From positions 31,496,001-31,560,000 of the forward strand of contig OZ024753.1 in the NCBI GenBank assembly GCA_964016885.1: DNA of 64,000 bases, read 5' to 3'. Position 1 is the first letter of the stretch; the number at the start of each line of letters is the position of its first letter. Of the stretch, positions 44,380 through 63,670 are shown piece by piece. The notes below the pieces were generated by a model. The model worked only from the letters and a program-made list of their open reading frames with translations, was not told the origin of the DNA and did no database searches. Origin of the DNA: Eledone cirrhosa. Lineage: Eukaryota. Both the position numbers and the translations under genes were made by a program.

Positions 44380-44790
44380 GTTTCATTAACGTAATTGTCA
44401 GGGAGATTCCGCGTGACACAACCTATAACATAGCTGATCCTTTGAAATACAGGTGCAGTCAATTAAACAGATTCCCAAACAGTTTCCATCAACCAATTTG
44501 ACTCACATGGCATAGGTCGACCCGAAGATTTAGTAAATACAGTGTCAGATTTAGGACAAAGTCCTAGGTAAATTATGAGGCCCCTACATTTGAAAAGGTT
44601 TTGAAAAATACATCGTAAAATATTTTTTGGTAGAAAGATGACACACACACCTGGCCAAAGGGCGCCTGTGATTAAGCACGATGATGCATCTGGCACTGGG
44701 TAAATGACACTTACCCAAGATCTCATGCAGCTGAGATATGACCCTGGGACCTAATGATTGCGAAGTGCACTTCTTAACCATTCGGCCATG
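44380..44790 (-). mobile_element. Old tRNA-derived SINE (related decayed copies at ~5985-6150 +, ~28235-28315 -, ~44960-45085 -, ~51200-51385 -)
   Basis: Minus strand catggccgaatggttaagaag...cttgggtaagtgtc...tgtgagtcaaattggttgatggaaactgt. The head and tail motifs recur at the other sites. Confidence 0.55.
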
Positions 44791-45898
44791 CTCTGTTTGC
44801 AAGATAAAATGTGGATGTCTGTCTCATACAATGAATGAAGTGATTAAGAACAATATGTTACCTCAGATCCCTGACATTTTCCCCGCTAAATCCTAGTGGT
44901 AGTGTTAAATCAGGCGAAAGATTGAGTCAACTACTAAATAACAGGAGTTGTCTCCAAAGTGTCACCGCGTAGTTTCTATCAACCTGATTCATCTGATAGA
45001 ACACGTTTGTTAAATGTGACTCCCAATGAAATTGAACCTGAAACGAGGTAGTTGCCAAACGAAAGTCTTAACCCGCATAACCACATTTATTGGGAGAGTA
45101 TGATATAAAAAGAAGACGGTGAACATTCATTTTGCTGTTCTTTTGCTTCGGGCATATCCTGTTTGAGCAAAGTTATGTCAATTCCATGTTTTATAGTCAT
45201 AGTTATATACATGTCTTTACGTCTCCTTTGTTTATTAAGACGTTTGTTATTGATTTGTGCTATTGCTAACATATCATGAAAGCACGTCTAGGTACCATCG
45301 TTGTATGCTATATATGTGTTGGTGCGTATGCATGTTAAACACATTGTCTGAGATATGATATCTGATCTGTAATAGAGAAAATGTTGTGTAATTTGTAATA
45401 GATTATGTCTAGTAAGAAATACCACCCGGAGGTTTCTGATAGAGCATTATTTAATTAAATAAACAGAATTTCCAATAAAGATTATCAATTTTATCTAGAT
45501 CTACATGATATCCTAGCGGATTTTATAACTTTAATTCAGATGAAAAAAATGTGATTTTTTTTTTTTTTTACACATTTGTTTTTTTCATATTTTATCAGTC
45601 TCCCGAGAAACAATATGTGAAAATAATACTAAATGTTAATATTTTTATCTTTACAATTTAGTCAGTTACATTACATTACAGGAGAAGGTAGACGTCGTAG
45701 ATGAATATTAAAATATTATATATTATATAAAGTGTGCTGGGCATATGGCGTCCGTTGGTGGCTACTTTTTCCGTCTTAATGTGTCTTCGTTATATTTGTG
45801 AGCTATTTTTGTAGCATCGCCTCATATGAGTACGCCACTCTTTATATTAATGTTGTTCCCTCGGTGCTTCTCAAAAGTTCAAGGCATCAGTCATGTAT

Positions 45899-46076
45899 CA
45901 GTATCGGTAGAGGGTCGGACGCCATGCTTTGCAGCAAAAAGTTACGGCCCTTTATGGGCTGGGTTCAAATCCCGCCGAAGTTAACTTTGCCTTTCATCCT
46001 TACGGGGTCGATAAAATAGAGTACCAGTAATAAGCTGTGATAATTGCTGGCTTTGTGCCGAAAGTAGAAACAATTA
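45899..46076 (+). mobile_element. SINE family 1
   Basis: Consensus match. Confidence 0.88.
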
Positions 46077-46281
46077 TATATATATATATATAATATGATA
46101 TAATATGATATATATAATATGTTATATATATATATATAAAATAAGATATATATATATATAATTTGATATAATATGATATATATATATATATATATATAAT
46201 ATGATATAATATGATATATATAATGTTATATATATATATATATATAAAATAAGATATATATATATATAATTTGATATAATA

Positions 46282-46316
<35 letters not shown>

Positions 46317-46917
46317 GATATAATATGATATATATATATATATAATATGATATATATATATATAATATGATATATATATATGTATATAATATGATATATA
46401 TATATATATAATATGATATATATATATATATAATATGATATATATATATATATGATATATATATATATAATATGATATTATATATATATAATATGATATA
46501 TATATATATGATATATATATATATGATATATATATATGATATATATATATATATAAGATATATATATATATATATGATATATATATATATATAATATGAT
46601 ATATATATATATATAATATGATATATATATATATATAATATGATATATATATATATATATATAATATGATATATATATATATATAATATGATATATATAT
46701 ATATATATAATATGATATATATATATATATAATATGATATATATATATATATAATATGATATATATATATAATATGATATATATATAATATGATATATAT
46801 ATATATATAATATGATATATATATATATATATAATGATATATATATATAATATGATATATATATAATATGATATATATATATATATGATGATATATATAT
46901 AATATGATATATATATA

Positions 46918-47106
46918 TAATTGTTTCTACTTTAGGCACAAGGCCAGCAATTACCAGTGCATTACTGGTACTTTATTTTATCGACCCCGTAAGGATGAAA
47001 GGCAAAGTCAACCTCGGCGGGATTTGAACTCAGATGGTAAAGGGACGTAACTATGCTGGAAAGCATGGCGTCCGACCCTCTACCGATACTGCCAATCCAC
47101 CGCCCT
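46918..47106 (-). mobile_element. SINE family 1 inside a compound AT microsatellite
   Basis: Near-perfect consensus match. Confidence 0.9.
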
Positions 47107-49209
47107 TGATATATATATATATATGATATATATATATATATAATATGATATATATATATATATGATATATATATATATATATATATGATATATATATATA
47201 TATAATATGATATATATATATATATATATAATGATATATATATATGTATATAATATGATATATATATATATATAATATGATATATATATATATATGATAT
47301 ATATATATATATAATATGATATATATAATATGATATATATATATAATATGATATATATATATATATAATATGATATTATATATATATAATATGATATTAT
47401 ATATATATAATATGATATTATATATATATAATATGATATATATATATATAATATGATATATATATATATGATATATATATATATGTATATCTGATATATA
47501 TATATATATATAATATGATATAATATGATATATATATATATGATATATATATATATGTATATCTGATATATATATATATATATAATATGATATATATATA
47601 TATATATAATATGATATATATATATATATATAATATGATATATATATATATATCATATGATATATATATATATATAATATGATATATATATATATATAAT
47701 ATGATATATATATATATATAATATGATATATATATATATATAATATGATATATATATATATATAATATGATATATATATATAATATGATATATGTATATA
47801 ATATGATATATATATATAATATGATATATATATATAATATGATATATATATATAATATGATATATATATATATAATATGATATATATATATATATAATAT
47901 GATATATATATATAATATGATATATATATATAATATGATATATATATATATATAATATGATATTATATATATATAATATGATATTATATATATATAATAT
48001 GATATTATATATATATAATATGATATATATATATATAATATGATATATATATATATGATATATATATATATGTATATCTGATATATATATATATATATAA
48101 TATGATATATATATATATATATAATATGATATATATATATATATAATATGATATATATATATATATCATATGATATATATATATATATAATATGATATAT
48201 ATATATATATAATATGATATATATATATATATAATATGATATATATATATATATAATATGATATATATATATATATAATATGATATATATATATATGATA
48301 TATGTATATAATATGATATATATATATAATATGATATATATATATAATATGATATATATATATAATATGATATATATATATATAATATGATATATATATA
48401 TATATAATATGATATATATATATAATATGATATATATATATAATATGATATATATATATATAATGATATATATATATATAATGATATATATATATATAAT
48501 ATGATATATATATAATATGATATATATATATATATATGATATATATATAATATGATATATATATATATATAATATGAAATATATATATATATATAATATG
48601 ATATATATATAATACGATATATATATAATATGATATATATATATATATTTATATATAATATGATATATATATATATAATATGATATATATATATATAATA
48701 TGATATATATATATATACATATGATATATATATATATTTATATATAATATGATATATATATATTTATATATAATATGATATATATATATATATATATAAT
48801 ATGATATATATATATTTATATATGATATATATATATATATAATATGATATATATATATATATATATAATATGATATATATTTATATATAATATGATATAT
48901 ATATATATATAATATGATATATATATATTTATATATGATATATATATATATATATATATGATATATATATATTTATATATGATATATATATATATATATA
49001 TATAATATGATATATATATATTTATATATAATATGATATATATATATATATATATATAATATGATATATATATATTTATATATGATATATATCTATATAT
49101 ATGATATATATATATTTATATATAATATGATATATATATATATATATTATATGATATATATATATATTTATATATAATGATATATATATATATTATATGA
49201 TATATACAT

Positions 49210-50711
49210 ATCATCATCAGGTTTAGCGTCCGTGTTCCACGCTTGCATGGGTTTGGACGGGGGTTTTCCCACTTGAGGCAAGAGTGGTTGTCTTGCTCGC
49301 ATAGGACTGTCTGGCGGGTTTTCTACAGTTGGATGCCCTTCCTAACACCAACCACATTTACAGTGTGGGGCTGGGAGGTTTTTACCGTGTTGCCTACACG
49401 GCCACATTACAGCGTGGACTGTCTGGCGGGTTTTATACAGCTGGATGCCCTTCCTAACACCAACCACATTTACAGTGTGGGGCTGGGAGGTTTTTACCGT
49501 GTTGCCCTCACGGCCACATTTACAGCGTGGACTGTGTGTTTTTTGTCGTGACACCTACACGATCTCATTTGTTTCGGCCTGGATGTTGTGGGACCAACAT
49601 AACTTTACATTGAAAGGGGCGGTGTGGGTGGGGTGGAGGGACGGGGGGGAGGGTGTTTTGATAGAGATGCCTACTGACTGTAGTAGGTTTTTACTTTGTA
49701 TTTAGGTAAGGCGGGTCTTCTCTATTACTGAGTACCGCCAAAGGCCTCGGTCCAGTGACATTGTCTTGGAGAGGTGTAAGCGTGTGAGGTCGGAATTTAT
49801 CAGCTCGTCCCATGTTTTTCTGGGTCTGCCTACTCCGTGGCTACCGTCTATCTTTATTGCCCTGCACTTTGTTATACAGCTGTCGTCTTTCATGCGCATC
49901 ACGTGACCGTACCAACGTAGCCTTCTCTCGAGTAAACAACATCTGATCCCTCTTATTTCTAATTTTTTCCTTAGTTCGTTTATGCTTTGCCGTTCACGTA
50001 TATTACTATTGCACATCCAGCGGAGCATGCAAGCTTCGTTCCTCTCTAGTCTGCGTATATCCTCTGCACACAATGCCCAGGTCTCACTGCCATGCAGCAT
50101 TGCTGTTCGTATGCAGGCATCGTATAACCTGCCTTTCATTTTTAGGGAGAACCCTCTAGCGGCTAATAGTGGTATAAGCTCTCTGAACTTTTTCCATCCA
50201 GTTCTGACTCTAGCTACTGTACTTTCAGAGCACCCTCCCCCACTGCTGATTTTGTCACCCAGGTAACGGAAGCTGTCCACTATTTCTATAGAACCCTCTG
50301 CGCAGTTGAAGGAGCTAGTATTTTGTGGGCACTTGCTGCTACTTATGTAAAATCTATGTTCTTAGTTAGCTTACCTGTGATCCCACTACATCTTTTATGC
50401 ACCCATACTTTGCATTTGGGACATAAAATGGAGTTTCTACCTACGCCTTTCCTACACACTGAGCATGGCCATTTCCCAGATGGGACTGCCGCCTTATTTT
50501 CTTTCCTACAAACTAGAACTTTAGTCTTAGCCAGGTTAATTTTAAGGCCTTTTGATTCTAGGCCGTGCTTCCATGTTTGGAATTTCTTCTCTAGTTCGGT
50601 CATTGATTCAGCTATGAGCGTTAGATTATCTGCGTATAGGAGTTCCCATGGGCAGCCGGTCTTGAACTCCTCTGTTATAGCCTGAAGGGCAATAATAATT
50701 AGTAGGGGGCT
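49210..50711 (-). mobile_element. 5'-truncated RTE-clade LINE (RT C-terminal half plus 3' UTR) inserted in an AT-rich microsatellite
   Basis: SPLLIIIALQAITEEFKTGCPWELLYADNL (YADD-like), Cys-rich WPCSVCRKGVGRNSILCPKCKVWVHKRC, FRYLGD, RRLRWYGHVMR, GRPRKTW. Frameshift/stop near 50343. The 3' UTR has an internal duplication and a (GAT)n tail. Confidence 0.92.
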
Positions 50712-51110
50712 ATATATTTATATATAATGATATATATATATGATATATATATATTTATATATGATATATATATATATATATGTATATATATAATATGATA
50801 TATATATAGATTTATATATAATATGATATATATATATAGATTTATATATAATATGATATATATATATATTTATATATAATGATATATATATATATATATT
50901 TATATATAATATGATATATATATATTTATATATAATGATATATATATATATATTTATATATAATATGATATATATATATTTATATATAATATGATATATA
51001 TATATTTATATATAATATGATATATATATATATATATTTATATATAATATGATATATATATACATATGATATTTATATATAATATGATATATATATATAT
51101 ATATGATATG

Positions 51111-51141
<31 letters not shown>

Positions 51142-51146
51142 ATATG

Positions 51147-51177
<31 letters not shown>

Positions 51178-51984
51178 TGTTTAACATGGTAACGTGTAGT
51201 GTGGTATTAACCTCCGTTAGTAAGCTACAGTTCATGTGATGGCTTCCAGACTGTTTTCGTCTACCCAAGTCATAGCTTAACCAAAGATTATAATCAAACG
51301 ACACTTGACCAAGACGCCACGCAGTTAGATCGAACTCAGCACCTAATAATTGCGAGGTAATCCTCTTAACTATCTGGCCATCGCGTGTCCACGGGCGCGC
51401 TATAGAATTTATGATTTAAAAAATAAATAAAAATGTTAGCCATACCGATGACCAAAGGCTCTGTTTATCCAGTGCTTTCATTCATAGGATTATGAAAATA
51501 GAAATTGATTTGAACATGATTTGCCTGTTAATTACTTTCATATATATATATATATAGACGATGGGAAATTTTACAGAGGACACTAATAATGTATAATTGC
51601 ATTTACATTAATTAACTAAAATGCTAACGTGAGTCAAACTGCCGCCACAACGCTGCTTATTGGAAGTGTTTCTATTTTCTGTTACCTTCGCTTAATTCTA
51701 ATTTCTAGACGAAAGGAAATGAGTACCGAAATGAAACTCGTCAAAACTATAAACATTCGTGTCGACATTTCAGAAAATTATATTTGATATGTGTGTGCCT
51801 TATATTCTATCTACTTCATAAATATTTCACTTTACATGTAGCCATCAATTATGTAAAACGTTTATAGATAAGGAGTCGAATTAGCACAGCATTCAAATAA
51901 ACACAGCTGTTTATGATATCTATTGCATGAATCAACCGGGTCATTCTTTATTGCACCAAGACAACTCACTGATAAAATGTGCAT

Positions 51985-52031
<47 letters not shown>

Positions 52032-52881
52032 TTCGTTCATATTTTAGTTTTCCACTTTGTTAACGTGGCACGAAATTTCAAAAAGAACATTGATATAAAT
52101 GACTAACAAATTATCTTAAGCTGTAAATTTTTTTATTTAATGCTGAAAGGGTATCGTCAAATACTGAACGTACTCTGTACGATTAGTTTCGTATAAAACA
52201 ACATATCTTTGTCTGTTTTTCGCAGTTATTTTATCATCAGTAGAATGCTTAGTTTCTTTTTAAATATAGTCAATATACAGGCATATATACATACACAAAT
52301 ATATACATTTAAGCATATATACAAACCCACAAATATGCATAAACCACACATACATTCATCTGCACACATTCATCCATATAAACGCGTTTAAGCTTCAGGC
52401 GTGTTATAATTTGGATTATATTTATATTATTTGTCATTTCCATTCGAGATATAATTTAGTCTTAATATCTTTAGTTTAATTTTAATAATGAATGACAAGT
52501 ATAAATACCAATATGTCAAACCTCTGTCACCTGAGAAAAAGTTAATGTGTTTAAAGGAAATACCGTTAATTCTTTAAATATAATAGCTTAACTGTAAAGC
52601 AGAAAGTGTATATGCAAATATAAATAAGTAAAGTGAATTCCGCTGTCTTTTCTTGAATATATATATTTTTATTTATATAATATATATATATAGCAGAGAA
52701 TTAGAATAAACGAAGCCAACATTAACATGTTTGACTTACACATTTTATTTTATATACTTGAATATATATATCTATATAATTCTATTTTTCTATCTAGACC
52801 ATCTATATAAATGTTTGGATATTATACTAATATATACATTTCTATATAGTTTTATTCACACACACGCACACGCACACGGAC

Positions 52882-52986
<105 letters not shown>

Positions 52987-54033
52987 TAGCAGTTAGTTGT
53001 GTGTGTGTATATATATATATATGGTTACGTGTTTAAATCATAATCTACTACATACCTATATAAAGATGTGAACATGTATGGCGTGTATAAATGGTTTATT
53101 CGCACCACCCTCGATTTTATTAAAGATTCGTAAGTTTCAATGCATAAAAATGAGGAAAAATTCAATTCATAAGAACTATTGTTCATATATCTTACTGCAT
53201 ATCAGTGAGAATAATCGTGTGATAAGACATGTAAATTGCATGTGTGAATGTCAAGAATTACAATTTCTTAAGAAAAAATATCTTAAGAAATATTTACCTC
53301 CTCAAAAAATATTCTTTTAACAACACACATTTTAAAACAAACAAAAAATACACACCTAACTTCTAATAAATGTGTATAAATGCGTAAATTATGTATGTAT
53401 ATGTGTGTGCGCATGTACGTAAGAATATATGCATAAATGAATATATGTATGTATATATGCATAGATGTACTAATGCATGTATGCTTATGTCTAAATAAGT
53501 AAATATGTATATATATACGTATGTATAATTATATTATGTATGTATGTATGTATGTATGTATGTGTGTGTGTGTGTGTGTGTAGATAGACGGATGGTTATA
53601 TGACAATGTAATATAATCAATTTATTTTCTTCACATGAAATCGACCAATGCAGTTTTTAAAAGCTGCCATGAAGCTTTTCAAAATGATGGCGTTGGATTT
53701 GTTGTCTTGGTTACTTCATCTAAACGCAGGGAAAATGCAGGAAAAAATCGATTGGAACTTGAAAGCATCACTAGAAATATATTAGTGGAATTTAGTTGAT
53801 TTTCGTACATACAGTAACACACAAAACTATGATTGATGTAATGGTCAGTGCATAGGAATAGATATATAAAGAGAATATATGCAAATATAAGTCAGAATGT
53901 TAAAGTGATGCAGAAAAATATGATTTATGCAATGCTCATCATTTCTAGACAGATATAAAGAGATTTATCATATATGAGTGCGCCTGGTACAGTAACGCAG
54001 TAAAATATGTTGGATGCAATGGTCATTATATAT

Positions 54034-54220
54034 GGGTAGCGAATTGGCAGTATCGGTAGAGGATCGGACGCCATGCTTTGACGCATAGAGTTACGGCTCT
54101 TGCCGTTCTGAGTTCAAATCCCGCCGCGGTTAACTTTGCCGTCCATCCTTACGGGGTCGATAAAGTACCAGTAATGCAAAGGGTAATTGCTGGCCTTGTG
54201 CCAAAAGTAGAAACAGTTAT
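54034..54220 (+). mobile_element. SINE family 1
   Basis: Consensus match. Confidence 0.88.
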
Positions 54221-54492
54221 ATATAAGTAGCGAAATCTGTATTTACAATCGAGGTATTGTATACGAATGTTAGAAATGTTATATTATATATAAGTAATAT
54301 TATACATTTCCTAATTGAATTAAGTATACATACGTTGATAACCTTATGCATTGACACAGAATACTTAGAATTAAACTTCTAAATCGCAGAGACAAGTTAA
54401 TACATATATATTTAGTATCACATTTATCAGACATATGGCTAGAACTCAGTTTAGGAATTCAATATATTGATTTATTTTTTAACACACACACG

Positions 54493-54555
<63 letters not shown>

Positions 54556-54764
54556 CGAAAGAAATGTGGTAAGGAACCAGGTGGACCATAACGCACCAAA
54601 GTACTCAATACTTAGGGTAGTAGAGTGGGCAATAGGAACGAATAATTCTGTACAGAGTACAGAATTAGCCGTCGAAACGGCTTGAGCTCAGCCGTCGGGG
54701 TCTTATTTGTTCCTATATATATATATATAATTACTATCTACATCTTACACTATTTACAACAATA

Positions 54765-57250
<2,486 letters not shown>

Positions 57251-57308
57251 TAAACGTAAGTATGTATGTATACGTACATACATATATGTGTACAGACGTA
57301 CAGTAGCA

Positions 57309-57348
<40 letters not shown>

Positions 57349-57702
57349 CAGGTACACATACATATATGTACGTATCAGTTTAGCGGACGCTTATTATAAC
57401 GCCCGCTTTGTCCGTTTGTAAACAAACGGACAGCCTGATTTATGCCGTACGGTGTTAAGGCAACCACGTCACCTTTTTGTTCAACACTGACACAGGAACG
57501 ATGTACTAGTTTCAAGCTTGTTAGCTACCATCAGCACCGTATACCCTCTGCCAGATGGTTGAACGTTGGAAAGTATATACTTTCCTCATGAAAATTAACG
57601 GCTGAGCAGCCTAATTTGCATATCGAGTGAGTTCAGTCGGCCAGGCGCACCGTACGTCTGTACACATATATGTATGTACGTATACATACATACTTACGTT
57701 TA
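57251..57702. mobile_element. Hammerhead-bearing segment bounded by perfect 51-bp inverted repeats
   Basis: 57251-57301 is the reverse complement of 57652-57702. The interior holds the family F hammerhead and two small hairpins. Confidence 0.6.
57498..57540 (-). ncRNA. Hammerhead motif with A9G core change (family F)
   Basis: ACGGUG-CUGAUGG-U AGCU[AACA]AGCU U-GAA-ACUAGU-A-CAUCGU: 6-bp stem I and palindromic stem III. Confidence 0.62.
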
Positions 57703-59152
57703 AGTAACTGCCGTACTAAGAGTGAGAAATGAAATTTCGTTTTCATTTTATTACAACTTATATATATATATATAATGTTCTAAATAGTGTAAAGATGTAG
57801 ATAGTAATTCGCAACTATTCACAAAATCTTCAATTACTTCTCAATAATATAATCATGCCAAAGACAATAAAAAAAATGTTTCAGATATTTAATTTGATGA
57901 ATATTCTCTTCCTTTTTGAATGATCTAAAGTAATCTTCGATTACCAAATGCGATAACTGATTTTCACACTAGCGATTCTTGAAAAAATATGTACGTTGTG
58001 TTCTCAAAATGCAACATTTGTATAATATTTCTTGTAAATTTCTTACATGCAAATTATATTCCATGTTTTCGCAGTTAACATTTCAAGATTATTAAATATA
58101 TATTGAACTTTAGACTTATTTTATGTTCTTTTCCTGATAGAGATGCTATTCAGTACATTTAACATCAAAACCATAAAAAAAGCGTATAGAAATGATGCCC
58201 AAATGTGGTACCGAGTATTGTGTAACACTATTCCCTCTTTAATGAAGATTATTAGCATTCTTTTCTCGATTTAAAATGGGATCATTCCTCTTAACCTCAA
58301 TTACAAGGAAGATTGAGCAGCCCTACCTATAGATATTAGAAGAATCATACGTTGAAATGTTATCAAACCTGTAACGATCTTGAAATGTACCTATGAACTC
58401 TTTAACTTTAATGATGCCACAAATGCACCACAAATTCGCGTTCAAGAGGAATTAGTGACGAGTATGAATAAAAAAAACTATTCAAAGCTACAGGCTTGAC
58501 AAATATGAGATATAACAACTAATTATCAAAGATAAGCAAGAATATATTTATTCATGTCCTTTTACTCAAATCTTATTATACTGGTCCCAGTCATTAAGAG
58601 CGTGGCTATGCTAAAACACTGACTAGGCTGGACGATGTGCTGGACGATGTGCTATTTCTTGCCAACAGTCCATCTATTACTGCCTTTCAAGCCACAGTCT
58701 GTCAAGTAACATTTTTCTCTTTCGAAAGAAGTCATACGAAGCGATCACTTGAAGATATCTCTTGTTTTGTGAAGATCCTGTGATGAACTGATATTCTCTC
58801 AATTTTATTTTCGATACCCTACCTTATTAGATCATACAAACTAATCTTACATTACGAAACCGCAGTCTGGGGTTTTGAAATTAGAAGGTAAATTTTGATC
58901 TAGCTTGCTTTACCCACTTTGAATTGGCACATACATACATACACAAAACATTCCAAAAATATTGCATCTAATATACACATGTACAGATAAAAAGCATATA
59001 CACATGCAACCATACAACTCAAAACATACACATCCATATCAACACATGCATGCATGCAAACATGCATACATGATCTACCTAGTTGGTAGAAACCGACTCT
59101 CTCTCTATTGGTAAAAATTTGTGAAATTATAAAACCAGGAGAACATACATAC

Positions 59153-59240
<88 letters not shown>

Positions 59241-59262
59241 GTGTACTTATGTGAATGTGTGC

Positions 59263-59299
<37 letters not shown>

Positions 59300-59629
59300 C
59301 ATGTATGTGTATTTATGTATATTTCAGCGAAAAATACACCTTCTCTGACCAATATCAAGAATTAGACACGAAAGATTTCAGTTAGAGATTATATTGTAAA
59401 CCAGCTTAAACGTTGCTAAAATGCAACACATCGCAAATGCTCGCTTTCTTCTAGTTCACTTAAATAAATATAGATTTATGTAATTTGATCTAAGTGCATT
59501 TTATTGAATACATTGATAGCGACTGGTTAATATTGGTGTTATAATAAAGTAGGTGACTGATACGAGGTACGTTGGAATGTTGAAAAATAAAAGATCTGAG
59601 AAACTGAGTGGTGAAGCCATACAAATATG

Positions 59630-59677
<48 letters not shown>

Positions 59678-59751
59678 TATATACATATATATCGAAATAT
59701 TTGTATGGCTTCACCAAACAGCCATACAAATATTTCGATATATATATATAT

Positions 59752-59858
59752 CCTATGTTGATAGACGCAGGATATGGCAGCGATAATGAAGGACGGAGAC
59801 CGCTGGAGAGAACTCGTCCATGGATCTCGGGAATTTTACCCGCCCCAGATAGATAGAT
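59752..59858 (+). mobile_element. Very short RTE-like LINE 3' terminus
   Basis: MKDGDRWRELVHG resembles the M.DR..WR..V terminal motif and is followed by a (GATA)n tail. Confidence 0.4.
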
Positions 59859-59916
59859 ATATATATATATGTATGTAAAACGTAAACAGAAATAACAACA
59901 TATATATATGTATATA

Positions 59917-59963
<47 letters not shown>

Positions 59964-60357
59964 CGCACACACAAACATAGATACATATATTCATTCATTC
60001 ATATATATATATATATATATATATATAATTCTATATTCGAACAAATGAAATATATGTTGAATGATTTCAATATCAAATCGAATTTTATTAGCCTTCATAT
60101 TATTCTTTAAATGAAAAGTCATTCTCATAAAATATCAATAATCTTTAAATGCTACCTTCAGTAAATATGACTTTGCTATGGTAACAACTGACACATGTAA
60201 TCGTTTACAATTTAAAATAGATTTTTAAAGATTCCCAAAAGAAATTTGTAAATATAGTTTCATTTTCTATAAATTACATTATATGCCGAAATAATAATTT
60301 GAATATACATGTATATACATTTTAAACACACACACACACACACACACATACATATAA

Positions 60358-60392
<35 letters not shown>

Positions 60393-60399
60393 CTCTCTG

Positions 60400-60450
<51 letters not shown>

Positions 60451-60457
60451 GTCTGTC

Positions 60458-60521
<64 letters not shown>

Positions 60522-60564
60522 TAAAAAAATAATGAATACAGTTCCTTATATTAAACAAAAAAAG

Positions 60565-60717
60565 TTCATTATTTAACGATCGTTTCTAGGACATATATGT
60601 GTTAGAATTGGTATGCATATTCAACAGATCTATGTACAAAATTATACAAAATTATACAAATTATCAAATATAATATACATACCAACACATACATATGCCG
60701 TCTTCAGAAATAATGAA
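60565..60717 (-). ncRNA. Type I hammerhead ribozyme with a very long stem II (family D)
   Basis: UUCAUUAUUU-CUGAAGA-[114 nt, partly self-complementary]-GAA-ACGAUCGU-U-AAAUAAUGAA: perfect 10-bp stem I and palindromic stem III. Confidence 0.75.
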
Positions 60718-60959
60718 ATATATTTATTGATAATAACAACAATTCAAAATTACAGGTCTGTTTGGGAACAGAGTTCAAATTGACCAATGAAATACACAAA
60801 AAAAATAAATCAAGAAAATACAGTTAGGTGTGTGTATATATGCAAGTAACTTCGTTCATAGATATGCATAAAGATATATGTTCACATGCATACGCATGTC
60901 AAAAAAATGTATGTAAATACAAAAATTCAGGGCTAATGTCTCTGTATGTTTATAATCTA

Positions 60960-62460
<1,501 letters not shown>

Positions 62461-62739
62461 ACACTTATTTACATGCGCACATATGTATTTTTATACTCAC
62501 ATATAAACACCCAAACATACATACCTACTTAGATACACATACATTCATCCACGCTTACAAATACAAATAATTATAGGGGGGGAGGGGATTAAAATTATTA
62601 GTGGGAAATATTAAATATAAGTTTCAAGGAACATAGAATATTAATCTGCATTTAGATCATAATATATGTTTACATAGTAGTTTCAGTATTAGGAAATGTA
62701 AGAAAGAAGGCAAAATTATGCATTTTAATATGTGTAGAC

Positions 62740-63105
62740 TATTAATTAAAGGTTAACTAAATTAAAATTAGTTAATATATTGATTTCTAAGGTGTATACT
62801 ACTTAGGTTTATAATATTTGAAGCGGAATTTTGAAGTTAAACAGTAGTAGAGTATTAATTATATCATAACTAAATTAAAATATTAACATTATGGTATCAA
62901 TATTAGGAAATGAATTTAGTAATAGGGAAAACCAAATCAAGTATTTCATCGGTAGTAGAATATAAATTATAGGTTAACTAAATTAAAAAATAATATATTA
63001 TTAAATTCTATAGTATATGTTAATTAGATTAATAATAATTAAAGCAGATTTTGTATTTTATCTATAGTAGAATATAATAATAGGTTAACAAAAATTAAAA
63101 ATAAT

Positions 63106-63139
<34 letters not shown>

Positions 63140-63670
63140 AAATTTAATTGTAAAGAATATATTAATTAGGTATATATTTAAAAATTTATCTCAGTTTATG
63201 ATTACATGATATTCAGCAATCCATCTGTATAGGAATTTTAATTTTAAGCTAATTAAATAAAAATAAAAATTATAGGTTAACTAAATTAAAATTAATTTAT
63301 AAATAAGTTTCTAAATTGTACATTAATTAGGTTTATAATATTAAAAAATATCTGTTATTGATTACACGATATTTTGTTATATTTCATCTGTAAAGGAATT
63401 TTAATAAAGGGTTAAAAAAACTAAAATTAATCTATAAATTAATTTACAAAGTATATATTAATTATGTTAATAATATTTAAAAGTTCTTCACTATTTATGA
63501 TTACACAATATTTTTTAATCTCATTTGTATTAGAATTTTAATTAAATTAAATTTATAGGTTAACTACATTTAAATTAAATTATATTATATATTAATTTCT
63601 AAAATATATATTATTAATTAGGTTTATAATATTTAAATGTTTTTCTCAGTTTATGATTACACAATATAAT
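62740..63670. repeat. Degenerate AT-rich tandem repeats (~110-155 bp spacing) downstream of the PLE ORF
   Basis: Recurring aggttaactaaattaaaa (about 62750, 62970, 63080, 63273, 63557) and tttatgattacac-like motifs (about 63195, 63356, 63495, 63651). Confidence 0.55.

Larger units (their letters stand above)
46076..51175. repeat. ~5-kb (TA)nAATATGA compound microsatellite interrupted by a SINE and an RTE LINE
   Basis: The same unit continues on both sides of the insertions at 46918-47106 and 49210-50711. Confidence 0.93.
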
